From positions 1 through 55,622 of the forward strand of contig JAHLWZ010000895.1 of assembly GCA_020536535.1 (NCBI GenBank): a stretch of DNA of 55,622 bases, read 5' to 3'. This stretch comes from Pelomyxa schiedti (Eukaryota; Protista; Evosea). The notes under the pieces are model-generated. The model saw only the letters and a program-made list of their open reading frames with translations. It had not been told where the DNA came from and did not search any database. A program made the position numbers and the translations under genes. Positions 12,838-25,686 of the stretch are shown in pieces (within the stretch, counting starts at the first letter, position 1; each line of letters opens with the position of its first letter).

Positions 12838-13128
12838 TGTCGTTTATGTGGGGCGGTTTTCCGCGATGTTGTGTTGCTACTCCTACCAAATAGACAGTGG
12901 CGCCTCCACCCCCTTGTTTTTTATTTTTTTTGATTTCCTGTGAAGCTGTGGATCTTGTACTTGCTTGTGGGTCTTCATCGACTCCGTGTCTCAGAGCCCT
13001 AGCCCCAGATCAAACTCTCTTCTAATGATAGAAGCCCCTGGAATACACTTTGAGAATCATTTCTCCCAACCCCTTTCATTTTACAGATTTCCACTAACCA
13101 TCAAAGATCCAAAAATTTACGTTTTCCA

Positions 13129-16100
13129 TCAGACAAGTTGGGTGGCAGTGTTCTGCTGGTGGAGGTAAAACAGCGTGGAGTAGTCCACAGGCTGCGTGTA
13201 AAAGTCCAGCAGATTCGCGGGCACGCCGTGGGCGAAGGGGTTGCGGAACCCGCCCGAGGGGCTCTGCATCCACGGCATCCGGCGCCAGTTGAAGTGCTCG
13301 TTGAGGGTCACGTTCCGCAGTAGGCACCACCCTTGGTAGAATGCAACCTGCAATTGTGGGACATTAGGTAAGTTGTGTGTGGCGCTGTGGTTCGCGGTCG
13401 GTAGTTTTGGGTTTTGGGTTGCGCGGAAGCGATGTAGGTGTATTTATAGATTGTAGTACAGAAGGAAATAACAGGGGGGTGTACTTGGAATTCCCAGGAA
13501 AGAAATCCCACGTGAAATAGGATGGCCCAAAGAACCACTTTTTGCCTGAGAATGAGTCTGACAGTTTCAAACGTGAAAACCTTGGCAATCTCTTGGTAAC
13601 AGGAATGATAAAGGTCTAAAAGAAATGTAAATAAAAAAGGAAGTGAGTACGGACTTACACAAGCAGCACATTGCAATGAATGTGATGTGCAAAATTGTGG
13701 TCAAAAAAGTGAGTAAGTGGAAAACTCTGTGATTCCTGAATCCAACACAATTATTGACCCAGGCGCAATGGTGATCATAACGAGCAACACATCGACCACA
13801 GGCAAAGCAGTGCCTGGCTCGGAGAGGACGCAAAATCTTGAGGTAATTGTAATGTTAGCGCGCAGTGTACTGAGTACAGAAAGCATACTGAGCAGTGAAG
13901 GCAAATGTCATATCTGGAAAATTCATTAGAATCAATTAGCTCTTCCAATTTCTTCAAACAGGTGAGAGATAAACAGACATAGAAGTTTATTACCGGGAGG
14001 GTAATGGTACTTTGGGGGAGAAATCCTGGATCTTGTGTTGCCATGTAGTAGTACGTGTACATCATCACAAAGTTGACGAGAATGAAGAGCAGGTTAGACA
14101 CAACCCCGAATTCTTCAGGCCAATTTGACATTATACAGGGAAAAAGTATTGTCTACCATGGAAAATCGTCCTAAAGTAAATAACTGCGGAAGTAGCCAAG
14201 CCACTACAAAAAATGCAGAGCCACAGCGGGTTCTTTTGGGTCATGCCTTCTCTTTTGTCAAGGAAGGAAAAAAAAATGAGTGTTGCTGGTACCCAGGAAA
14301 ACACTTACATGGGACATCTATGCGGTGTAATGATTACAATAGAAGCTGCAGCAATGGAAATGATGAAGGCTGCCAATAGTAGTGGCAGAAAGGCAATTAG
14401 CAGAGTTGACACAGTGACAGATGATAGACCCACACAAATCCAAAAGGGATTCAACTTCTCCAAATTCTACACAAAAAGATTGGGAAAGCAAGCAACAAGA
14501 AATTTCTACCTTCTTGTAGAGAGATTTACGTGTTGCCATTCGCAAAAACCTTGCAATAGGAAGAAATTTCTTCTCAAAGGCACATACAAGTGGTGTGGAA
14601 CTGATTTTTTTTATTTAGGGGAACTTAAAGCAAACAAACAGTATACCCAGAGTTATCCTGCCGGTGTGGGTCTGCTCCTTCTGATACAAGAACCTTTTGT
14701 AATGTAGTCAGACAAAGTTGAAAGAAACAGATGAAGGAAACGTTACCTTACAACAAAAGAGGTTCCCTTTTATTGCAGCCCAATGAAGAGGGGTTTTGCC
14801 AGCGGCATCTGGGTGATTGATATTTGCCTACCCACAAAGATCAACGACACACTAACCAAGGCAGTCTTACCCCATTGTTGATGAGAAATCTGAGGACAAT
14901 ATCATTTCCTTCATACGCAGCCCAATGAAGAGGAGTATGTCCTTCAGAATCTTTGAAGACAGTAAGTTTAGCTTTAGATAAATGTTAAAGAAAAATGCCA
15001 GTTGCATTAATGGGGATTCCTTTTAAAACACAATAAAATGTGCATTTGTCAGATCCATGCTGGACAGCAATGTGAAGTGAATTATTTCCTCTGGCGTCAA
15101 GATGTTCAAGATCAGAACCCTAACACTATTAGTGATCCAGAAAGAGATCAGTTAATCTACCCTTCCAAAAAGGTATGTTAACCTGTTTGAGTAGATAGGC
15201 GACTACTGACAAATTCCCACCAACTATTGCCCAGTGAAGAGGTGTTCTATTAATAGTAAGATTAGGTGGAAGAGTTCACCAAACAAACCTTTTATCTCCA
15301 TTAGTTACAGCTTCAAGGTCTGCACCTTTGGAAACCAAAAATTTAACAACTTCAAGGTGTGCATTATAGCTGATATCATGTGAGGGGGAAAAGTGGTTAT
15401 AGCAATCTAACCTGGCCCAATGAAGGGGTGTGGTAGCATCAGTGGCATCCTTCATATTGACGGACCTAGGGTCTTCTTCAAAGAATTGAAGAACCTTGGG
15501 TAATAGCCCAAATTTTGCTGCGGTGAGCATATCTTGTTGAATGTTAAAGTCAACAACATCCAGAACAAAAAAAACCTTTAACTTCATCTGCCATTGGAGT
15601 TGGTGGGTCCAGTTCTAAGAATGTACCAACCCAATGAGAAAAACAAAAACCAGGAAAGGGGAAAAAAAAAAAAAAGTCAAACATCAAGATATATTGGAAA
15701 AAAAACCCCCAATCTCACAAAAGCCAAAACAAACCCACCACCACTCCACAACACACCAGGCACCCCCCCAACATCAACCACCACTTCCAACCATCTCTCC
15801 CACAATTCATACCGCTGCGCCCTTTCGCGTTGGCATTAGCCACGTGCCCTCCGCGCTTACACACACGGCCGTGGGCGTGGGCGTGAGAATGGGCGTGGCC
15901 GGGCTGCTCGGCTCCCGCGGCCTCCCCCGCCTCGGCAGAAGCAGCTGCCCCCCTGCCTACCTCGCTGGCCCCCTCCCCCTCCTCCTCCCCGCTCGTTTCC
16001 CCCTCAGGGTCGTCGTCGTCCTCCTTGGGGTGGGGCAGGCGCGGGCGGCGGTGGCCGTGCCTGGGGCAGCCGGCTGCGGCCGCGGCGGCGGCGGCGTCCT

Positions 16101-16257
16101 GCGGCTCGTGCTCTAGCAGGAGCTGGAACAGCTGCCTGTGCTCGGGCGACCCCACGCCCACGTTGTTCCGCTTGACCACCGCCGCAGCCCCGCCGTTGCT
16201 CGTGCCCGCGGGGCCTCCTTCCCCTGGCGCCTCCTCGTCCGCCTGTTGCCGGGACAT
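13129..16257 (-). CDS. Ankyrin-repeat DHHC palmitoyltransferase (Akr1/ZDHHC17-like)
   Basis: Ankyrin repeats ([16 protein letters not shown]), TM helices, cysteine-rich domain [34 protein letters not shown] motif and C-terminal [15 protein letters not shown]. Confidence 0.92.
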
Positions 16258-16517
16258 TGGGGTTTTTGTTTTTCTTCCGGTTGTTGTGGCCGCGAAACTA
16301 TGATTCTCACCAATCAATTCAACGCAGGGTTGTTTAGGGGCCTGTAGGTTTTGTTGCTGTTGGTGTTAGGGCGAGGAAACCGATGCTGGGATCTATTGGG
16401 AGGGTGTCGTGCCTGGTGATTTGCCCGTCCGCGGGTGACTTTTTGAAGTTGGGATCCAAGCTCAACGGAAAGTTCAAAACGAAAACCAATGGCTCCGATG
16501 CGTTTCACGTCAAGGCC
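16258..16517. promoter_or_regulatory. Putative bidirectional promoter (DHHC gene / Roco gene)
   Basis: 260 bp, CpG-containing, between the divergent predicted start codons. Confidence 0.45.
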
Positions 16518-19500
16518 ATGCCGAAATATGGTTCCCCTGCTACCAAGTTAGTTCGCTTCGACGAGTAAGGAGCTCCTTTTCTTTTTCTGTTTGTTTGTGG
16601 GAACGGCCACATTCAAAACTTAGTGTACTATAAAAGGACTCTGGAGGAATCTTTCAAGTGGATTAGAGGAAACGCTGGTGCAGTGGTGTCTGTATGGTAC
16701 CCTGTCACCAACAGGAAATTCTTTAGTGAAATTCCCAAGTTCCTCAACATAGTGTATGACTATGCTTGGAACTGTATACCAGAATCAGGGGGCTCTGCCC
16801 CACTTATCCTCCCACCTCTTTCTATCCTCGCCCTCTCGAGATGGGGTGGGGAGGAAACTTTACAAGTTGCTGATGTGCCGACACTTCAAGGGCTAGCCCT
16901 TTCTGTAGCAGTACTTCTTCCATTCGAGTTTCTGTTCGTTCACTTACAAAACACTTTCTTCGTGCAGTTCCATGCCAGGCAATTCCAAAAGTGTTCTCCC
17001 CTTCCAGATGCTACACAGCAAATCATGTCAGATGTGCTCAAACTTCCAGCAAAGCAATTTGCCCCTGTGAGATCTGATCTTCAAATTACTGATTCTGGTA
17101 CTTTTCTTCGCTACTCTTAGGCCAGCTTATCAAATAAAACACTTAAGAAGGGCAAAACAACTGGAGCTGTGCTTGGACAGAGGGATCTCACAAGTGTGTC
17201 ATTAGCTGCAGGAGTGAAATTATTGTTCACGTAGGTATAAATTAATCGTGGAAGACAAATGTTTAATTCACACAGTTGACCCTGTTGAATGCTTTTCGGC
17301 CTCGGTTCCAGTTTTTTTAGATGACTTGGAAAAGATATCATTACCTCTGAACATTTTTATGAAGGGTATGTTCATTGAAATCTCATGGCCTTATCTTCCT
17401 TTCAATCATAGGGGATAAACTCGGTGACAGTTCCCAGATCACGTCATTATTCCAGTATCGCCATATCCGTTCCTTTGAAATACAATGTATGCTTATCTAT
17501 GAATGATTTGTACTGACATGCATTGAGATTCCACATATCAAAGTGATATCCGTTTGTGCCAGGAGATTGCACATGGACTGATTGACATGGTTAACTTTAA
17601 GAAGTTAAACCTGTCAGGTGAATAAGCACACCCAAACAGTTCTTTGTAACCACTAACACCCTCAGATATTGAACTCAGTCTAGATGCAGTAAAAGCACTT
17701 GCTCTTGGGATTCAGTCAACTCCCTCTGGCCTAATCTTGATTCTTCAAAGTAAAGTCTATGAGCTACTTTGCTTGTACAATAACGAGCATAAGGGTCTCT
17801 TAAGTCCGAATGTTACTATGTACTTACCAAAATTTTTGATCGTCTTCAAGTCCTGGACTTAGCTTGTACATTTACCACTCAGTATTAATGTAATTATGGT
17901 GGCAGGGAATTTTCTGAAACAAGAGGATGTGTCCACGATAGCCCAAGCACTTAAGGAAAATTTTACACTGAAAGAGCTCTTTTTGGATTGTAATTGCTTT
18001 GCTGAATATCTTGCATAGAAACAGTAACAACTTCTAGTCTGTTATATAGATGGCAAAGAAGAGGCTTGCCTCTTGGAGGCACTTTGTGTAAATAGGACAC
18101 TAGAGACGCTATCCTTTGCAGGAAACCTTGGTTTTTTAACAATCGAGCAAGCTCGAAAATTTTTGGGAGAAAGCAGTGGTAGAGTGGCACTTAGCCAGAT
18201 CTTTTTTTAATTGCATGTGCAGATTTGATGCAGAAGATGAGGATTCTTACAAGTTTGCAGCTTCAAAGGAGTATGCAACTAAGTGTGATGTTCTCAGTAA
18301 TCTTGTACAGGTAGAGGGTCAGAAGAGTGGGTTCCTTGTGAAAATCTCCTTCCAGCAAACAGGACTCTCTGTGACTCTGTTATAAGCAAGTACAACCTCA
18401 AATCCACCGTGATGCATAGTGACCTGGTCTCAGCAGTCTGGAGTTGCGTTAAATCTGCAGATCCAATCAGCTTAGATATTGTCTTGAACCAGTTCATCAA
18501 AATCGGCCAGCAGAATGGGACGGCATGTAGTATTGCAGCAGAATTAAATGGAGATATTCTGAGTGCTGCTTCGACATCAGGATTTTCTGGAAAGTCTCTT
18601 CTGAGAGTTTCTGCAACCCATTCTGAAGAAAATCATCACCAGTTTTCAGTTCACACCAGTGCAAACAGAGCAGCTGTCGTAATTGATGACGAAAGTGCAA
18701 GCTTATCTCTATTGCATACGGCGGCCCATTCCTCGCCAAATGGCACTGTTTTCACCCAACTTGTTGTTCCACTGCTCTTCAAAAGGGCCATTGATATCTC
18801 TATAATGAGTCCTTCCTCCGTAAGGGAGCTTGTGCAGCTTCTTCTACACCCAAAGGATGGACCACCTCTCCGGCGCCTTAATGCTATGGCTCTTAGGCTA
18901 TGGGCAAAGGCAAGGAACTGGGAAGCTGTCTCAGAGGTTTGCATTGCTGGTGGTGTGTCTGGCACAGAGGTTGACCTTTCATTCCTCTCCTTGGATTCAG
19001 TTCCACAGGCCCTACAAGGGATCTCATGTGCCGTTCTGGACTTATCATTCAACAACATAAATGAACTTCCCCAGTGGCTACACAAAATAGAAAAAGTCAG
19101 TCTCGAGGGCAACCCTCTTGGAAACATTCCTCTAAGATTTAGATGTGGATCGTGGGAAACCTTGAGAGCACTTGTCAAGTACAATGGAAATGCTGTAGAA
19201 TGGAAAAATCATAAATGCTTATTAGTTGGGGATGGTGGAGTTGGCAAAACAACACTGCTAAAATGCATGATGAAAAAAAAAAAAGTGGCCAACACAAAGA
19301 AAAATTTGGCCACTGATGGTGTGGCCATTCATCGAGCTTTTAAGTTGATAAAAAAAAGTGAACACTCCTGGGTTGCATGGGATTTAGGTTTTTCTCTCCC
19401 ATAAACAATTTTTATTGTAACAGCAACAAAAATAGGAGGGCAGGAAGTCTTATATCCATCTCATCAGTTCTTCCTCTGTAGTAATTCACTTTTCTTACTT

Positions 19501-22399
19501 GTGTTTGATTTGTCACTTGCACCCAAACCTGGAACCCAAGCTTTCCATCCAAAAGTAACCTACTGGGTTAATCAGATTAGTGCCTCACAAAGGAAATCCA
19601 ACAGCTTTGGCAACACAACACTTCTTATTGGGACACACATGGACGCAACAACAAGAGAGATTGCTGTATCTATATTGAGGCGTATGATTCAAGTCCACGG
19701 AATATTTTCCGGAGTTTTTGGTATCAGTCTAGCAACTGGTGAAGCAATCCAAGTTAAGAATCAGAATACTGTATTATTGGAGTACGGAGTTCAAACCATT
19801 GTTGGGTTGATGGAGGAGCTAGGACAGAAACAACAAGTGAACGTATCTCAGCACTGGATTGACCTGCACATGTCTTTAAACCGTTCCTCTGCTGATACTC
19901 TTCAGTGGTCACAGTTTGTGGATGTTGGGAAGAAATGTGGCGTGGGAATTAGTGATGACTCAGAAGTTGAGATTCAGATGTGCGCGGATTTCTTGTCAGA
20001 TACTGGCACGATAATCCATTTTAAATCTCCGAACAATACGAAGTTGGGGAAGCAGATGCCGAGGACACCTTCCTATACACAACTGATATCCTCAAGTGGA
20101 GAAGTTTCTCTGTCTCTCAGTGGGACAGTTCGGCAAAACAAAGTCATTTCATTGGCTGAACTAGTTATTTTGAATCCAACATGGCTTTCCTCGGTTATGA
20201 CTTCATTGCTTTCAATTGCTGGAAACACTAGATGGATATTGAATGGTTTCATTGAGCAGAAAAATCTACCTTACGCCTTTAACAAATTCCTGCCTTCACT
20301 TCACAACACGCTGGTCGAGCTTATGGAAAGGTTTGAGATTGTGAACAAAATGCCTGACGGCCGTTTGTTGGTCCCGTCTCTTCTTCCCGATTCTCTTGGT
20401 TGCAACACAGAATCTGCAGGGATTTTTACTTCTATGTGGTCTCCACCAGTCGACGCATCCACCCAAGTGATTATGAATGGTAGACGCATCAAGTTTGATT
20501 TTCTCCCAATTGGGTTCTTCTCTAGACTCGTCATATTGATGCTAGGAATTCCGGGCGTAGAACCTGTGGTTTTATGGAAGAATGGACTCGTTATTGAAAA
20601 TAAAAACCTATCAGAGCCCATAGCGCAACAAACACTCATAATGACACACCAAGACGACCACAGTTTATCAATATCCATGAGATCAGCAGTTGTGGTGACT
20701 GTAGGTCAATCACCTTTCCTCTGGAAAAAAAACAGCCTCTTGATTTCAACGATGAATCTGATAACTGAGTTCACCAAGTCATATTATCCAAGTCTTGTCA
20801 ATGCAATGACTCAAACTTTTCCTTGTACACATTGTTTGAATGAGTTTATTAACAGTGATCAGCCGCCACCCACCTCTGGAGATTCTGTGGAGAGGAATTA
20901 TATGGGCTTACCTCAAACCATATTTTTCTTCCCTTGCGACCAGATATTGAGTGCCGCCAAATCTGGTTCCAAAACTGTCTTTTGCGGACAGATATCAACT
21001 GCACCTGTTGAACTCACAGTAGTTGCTCCAGATATTACCCTCGATCATTTGCCTTTGATTGATGCTAATGAGATCCATTTCCTGGTTGCACCAAAATCTT
21101 CATCACCAAGTTCATACCCGAACGAATTAAAAGGAGGCTTTGGGAAGGTTATGAGAGGGGAGTGGAGGGGTCATGCTGTTGCTGTAAAGGAGCCACTTGT
21201 GCCAGTCACCTTAAATGCGCTCTCAGAATTTGCTTGTGAGATGACGCTTATGAATCTGGTCTCAAATCACCCCAATATTGTACATTTTTTTGGTGCCTGT
21301 CTTTCACCAAAACTCTGGTTAGTTATGGAATATATTCTCCCGGTTATACCTCCACATTTAAGTGCCATTATTGGATTGAATACGATCACCAAACCTGACC
21401 TCAATGCCCTAATTGAGCTACTGGTTAAAGATGAAAACCCAGATCTCATTACCCAAGTCCTGCCAATGAGCATGCGGAAAAAGATATTGATTGATGTTGC
21501 CCAAGGTTTGAGTCACCTTCACAGTCAAGTACCTCCCATAGTACATGGAGACCTTCATGCTGGTATTTGTTTTATGATTAGGGAGTTATTTCTAATCACA
21601 CCATAGGGAACATTTTTGTGTCTTCCTTGGATGAATTGAGTTCTGGGCCTTGGGCAAAGGTAGCTGTAACAATTCAATTTCCATTAACTCTTTGGCGGGA
21701 AAAAAAGATAGCAGACTTTGGCTTATCACAGAGGTTGTACACGGGAATGTCATGCAGCACTCAAGGAACCTTTTCTAGCATCAATGTTTATGCACCGGAA
21801 GTCCTTGCTGGGTCTATGTGTGACACGAAGGCAGACATCTGGAGCTTTGGTTGTGCTTCAACTAAGCAAAATAAACAAGCCAAAAAAAAACAAACCGCGC
21901 CCAACGTGCATCGCGCGAGATTCCACAACGCAAAGCTAACATTTTGCAAACAGCAATGGTTTCCTATCTCGTCGTAGACCCGTTCACCTCTCCCTTCATC
22001 GAGCTTGCCCACCAGCCCGAGTATGCCCACACCCGCACCAACAATGGTAAGATAGTCACTGAATACAAGTCAATGCCAATAGCCCGGTCCCTCGCCAATG
22101 GCACAATCCTGCCTTCTCTTCCGCGAAAACCCACGCCGGCACCATCACAAATGCAATCACAGTCATCACAGTCACTCCCAGCCTCTCAATCAGTATCACA
22201 ACCACCCTCAAATTCCAACCCGGGAATTGGAATCTCTGCTGCTCAACCCACACAGAACAGAGTTATCCTCCCACAATGGGCTAGAGACCTTGTGGAAAGC
22301 TGTTGGCTCACAGACCCTCAACAACGACCAACGGCACTCCAGCTGTTCCACCTGTTATCATCAGCACCAGAACCAACAATAATCGACAACCACTCCTGA
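16518..22399 (+). CDS. Roco protein (LRR-ROC-COR-kinase, LRRK-like)
   Basis: RI-type LRRs, then LDLSFNNINELP. ROC motifs GDGGVGKTT, ATDGV, WDLGGQE (across intron 19388-19436) and IGTHMD. COR motifs ADFLSDTGTIIHF, LVILNPTWL and FLPIGFFSRL. Kinase motifs GGFGKV, VAVKE, HGDLHAGN, ADFG, YAPE and DIWSFG. Stop 22397-22399. Confidence 0.93.
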
Positions 22400-22456
22400 A
22401 AAGGCAGTAGAGAAAACTGTTCATAACAAATTTTTTTTTTTGACTAGAAAGAAACT

Positions 22457-25185
22457 TCACTCAGAGGAATGGCTCTGAGGCAGATCAGGTTCCTGAGGCT
22501 GTGAGGTTGAACTTGTGGTAGTGCAATTGGTGGTTGTGGAATCACTGGTTGTATGATTTGTTGGGTGGATAGGCCTTATGAAGTCCTTGATAATAGGGGT
22601 TCTATCTGTGGGGCTGGCGAGGCAGGGTTTCCAGTAGCTTGGTAAATGTTGTGGGTGCATAGTGTCCAGAAAGTGTTGTCTCCATCTGTGGAGAGTTAAA
22701 ATGCGATTGAAATCGGAGTACGGTATTGTTTTTAGAACCTGTTGCAGAACTGCTCATAAGTTTCCCGCGATGATAGGAGAAGCTGGACTGACTGTTGCAT
22801 GGGGTTGACATCGGAAGTAACAACGGGAGTTCCTGTGGGAGGAGATGCGACCCGGGTACTGATACTTTGTGGGATCCCGCTATCTGAGCTGGACTCGGGC
22901 GATTGGGGGAGCGTGCTGTCATTTTTGTTGGGTTTTCCGGTTGTTCCTTTTTTTAGCTTCCAGAAGTTTTCCAGGAGAACCTTGCAGTGTGAATTTATGT
23001 TTGCGTCATCATCGTTTTGTATTTCGTCGGGATTTATTAATTCATGGCATTTCAGGCAGTCCATAACAACTCCATGTAAATACTGAACTCGCTGTGATGA
23101 GTCAATGGGTTTTTAAAGTGATTTAGTGTTTCCTCTTGTGGAAGTCTTTCTCTGTGTTCAGTTAATACTGTTGCTGCTTTTCGTACCTCTGTGTTGTTGA
23201 GAGAAAAGCTTAATGAATGGAAGCGTTACTGTTCGAAGTTGGAAGAAGTGCCGCTGGTAAGAAACCGCCGTTAAAGGAAGTGCTGTCTCTTTTTCTAACA
23301 TCTCATCCATTTTATTTAATCCCTTCGTTACAGTTGAGATAGTGCTAATGTGAAGGAAACCATACTTCAAGGGCTTTTGTGTGACAAGATGGGCAAACAA
23401 GGACGATATTTGGGGAGTGACCATCCTGGAGAATGTCATCTATAGCATTAAGGAAAGTACCACATGCTTTGTATTCAGCGGGCATAAATTTTCTATATTT
23501 TGGTGGTACTACACTGTATCTACTGAGGGAATCCTCTCTACCACAGACAACACAGCTACAGCGATTCGTGGGTTTTTAGGGTCAAAAATTACTCACAAAC
23601 CAGGCTTCTCTTGTCCAGATAAAAAATAACTCGCTGTCAGCAAGACGTGGTACCGGATTATAAGTGAGTCGAGCTTGGGGTGGGTCAACTGACGTGATCT
23701 CTTTTTGCAACCCACAGCGGTCACTTCACGCCTTAAAGGGAGGAGAGAAGAGTACCAGCAAGACCCCGAGACATATACCACTTTAAACGCTTCTCATCAC
23801 AATTATGGAGTACAACTCCACTCTTTGTTTGGAGTTGATAAACACCTTTGAATGATTCCTGCTTCTTTGATATGCTTGTATCCTCTTTCTACCAGTGGTA
23901 ATTAATTAATATGGATTTGGCCTCGATGATACATACCCTTTTTAGTCTTTTTAGTGTGTTCTTTTGGGGGGTTTTTTCTTTAGATAAAATCTTGACGGAG
24001 GTAAAGCCAATACCTTCCCTTCTTCAGGATCGTTTTCAGTGTTTGAGGCCTTGCTTTTAAAAATTTTGGGTTGCACGTCCACAAATGGCAGGCACCAGTT
24101 GAAAATTGGGCATGGATTTGTGCTCGTTTGTTCTTTGTGCAGATGAACAAGGAGTTCTCTGGATACCTGAAACAGCCATAAAAATTTGGGAAATAATGTT
24201 AGATGACGTGGCACACCCAAGCATCAGTTGCTGCGTAAGCTAGTTGCTCTGGTAATAAAGGAAACGAACACCAATTACCGCACCTTGTCCATCATTACAA
24301 AAAAGAGAAACAAGTTGAGAAGAACCTAATGGAATTGTGCTTTTCAACACTGAGGCCCAGAATTGTTTGTGCCAGTGCTCTTAAGCTGGTACCTTGCTCA
24401 AAGTGAGAGAATGAACATTAAAACCAGACGTTCACCATTGTCTGCATAGCCATAATGTATAGCAAGTACTTGCATGTCAACGCAAGGGTAGGTAAGTGTC
24501 TTCAAAGGGCTTTAGGTGAGAAGCTGACAGAAGAGAAAGTGTGGCAGTTACGTGGAACTTTGCCCAAATCCTTTTGGTGTCACTGTGTATTCCAACACCC
24601 GATTTCAGAAGACTATATGTAACATATGAGCCATTACCTCTCCACCAACAAACACAAGTACTTGGGGTCACTTAGAAGTTCACCAATGCAATTTGGCAGT
24701 ACAGATGCCACTTCAACCCACAAAACTATGCAATCAGTCTCCCCACACAACTGTATCACACCTGAATTCTCCCACCTTGAGTCAATTTTTTTTTTTTTTT
24801 TTTTTTTTCAGAAAAAGTGGAAAACATACCAACAGGTGAACAAGGAGATGAACCACCCCATTCCACATCCAGTCCCACAACTCCGCTTGTCCTCAACCTC
24901 CCTATTAATCATAAAAAGGAAAGGCATTGTACTTTACATTACGAACGCCTAAAAGATAACAGGGGCTCTTAACTTACCCACGACAGCAGATAGTTCATCT
25001 TCGGTAGTCCCATCGGGAGCCACACCAAAACTGTGCGTGGTTGTTGTTTGTCCCATAATGTAGTGTGCACTTTGTCCCGCATCACGCATCACCACAGTAA
25101 CAGACGTGGCGGGTTCACTCTCTGTTACCCTTCCGTCACCGTGTCCCACCGCAGGTAGTACGGTGAAAGGCACAACACTCGACAT
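22457..25185 (-). CDS. EXD2: EXD2-like DEDDy 3'-5' exonuclease with C-terminal Zn/HNH-like domain
   Basis: Spliced ExoI VVGLDVEW, ExoII KSGVGIHSD and ExoIII QLAYAATDAW. EXD2-like C-terminal motifs LHNCDEKRLKWYMSRGLA, CVVCGREDSLSRYSVVPPKYRKFMP, IVLVCPSCH and RWRQHFLDTMHPQHLPSYW. Confidence 0.88.
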
Positions 25186-25686
25186 TAGGCTCCTTGGTTG
25201 CGGGTCGAATTGAATTGGCAAAATAATCGACGACCCACAATTTCGACTTCCGGAAAAACGGAGGCAATTTAAGTCGCAGCCGGCTGTGGTACAATTGGAG
25301 TTGGTGGGGATGGAGTGAGGCTGGTAGTGACCTATAGTTGTCCCTGGCTGTGTTCGGTCCCTGTCAACATCCAATTAAAAACAAAACACACAATTTTTTT
25401 TTTTTTTTTTTTTTGTTCCTGTGCCAACTGTGTTGTGGAAAAAAAACCAGGAAACACGAGAATTGGAGCTGAAAAGGGTCTCAAACCAGCCAGAGAAAGA
25501 GTCCATATGTGATTCTCTAGTAAACCATACGACAATATATAGTCGATGTTAAAAATTGTTGATTTGGAGCTCCAGGTCAATTGATAGAGCTTTGCAGATG
25601 GCATACAGGGCATTGTCAGTGCGAGTGGCACAATGGCAATGGTATGAATTGTTGTGTTTGTCAACACAAGAATGTCAAACACTGAA

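Noticed and set aside
13005-13018. Minus-strand AGAGTTTGATC resembling the 16S rRNA 5' end, with a nearby TCGATGAAGA resembling 5.8S rRNA or a U3 box
   Set aside because: Matches are only 10-11 nt with no flanking rRNA or snoRNA structure; the region is 3' UTR/intergenic.
24902-24977. Possible 6-nt microexon (GCGTTC) in EXD2
   Set aside because: It would need a 29-nt intron, shorter than the others seen; a single longer intron keeps the frame equally well.
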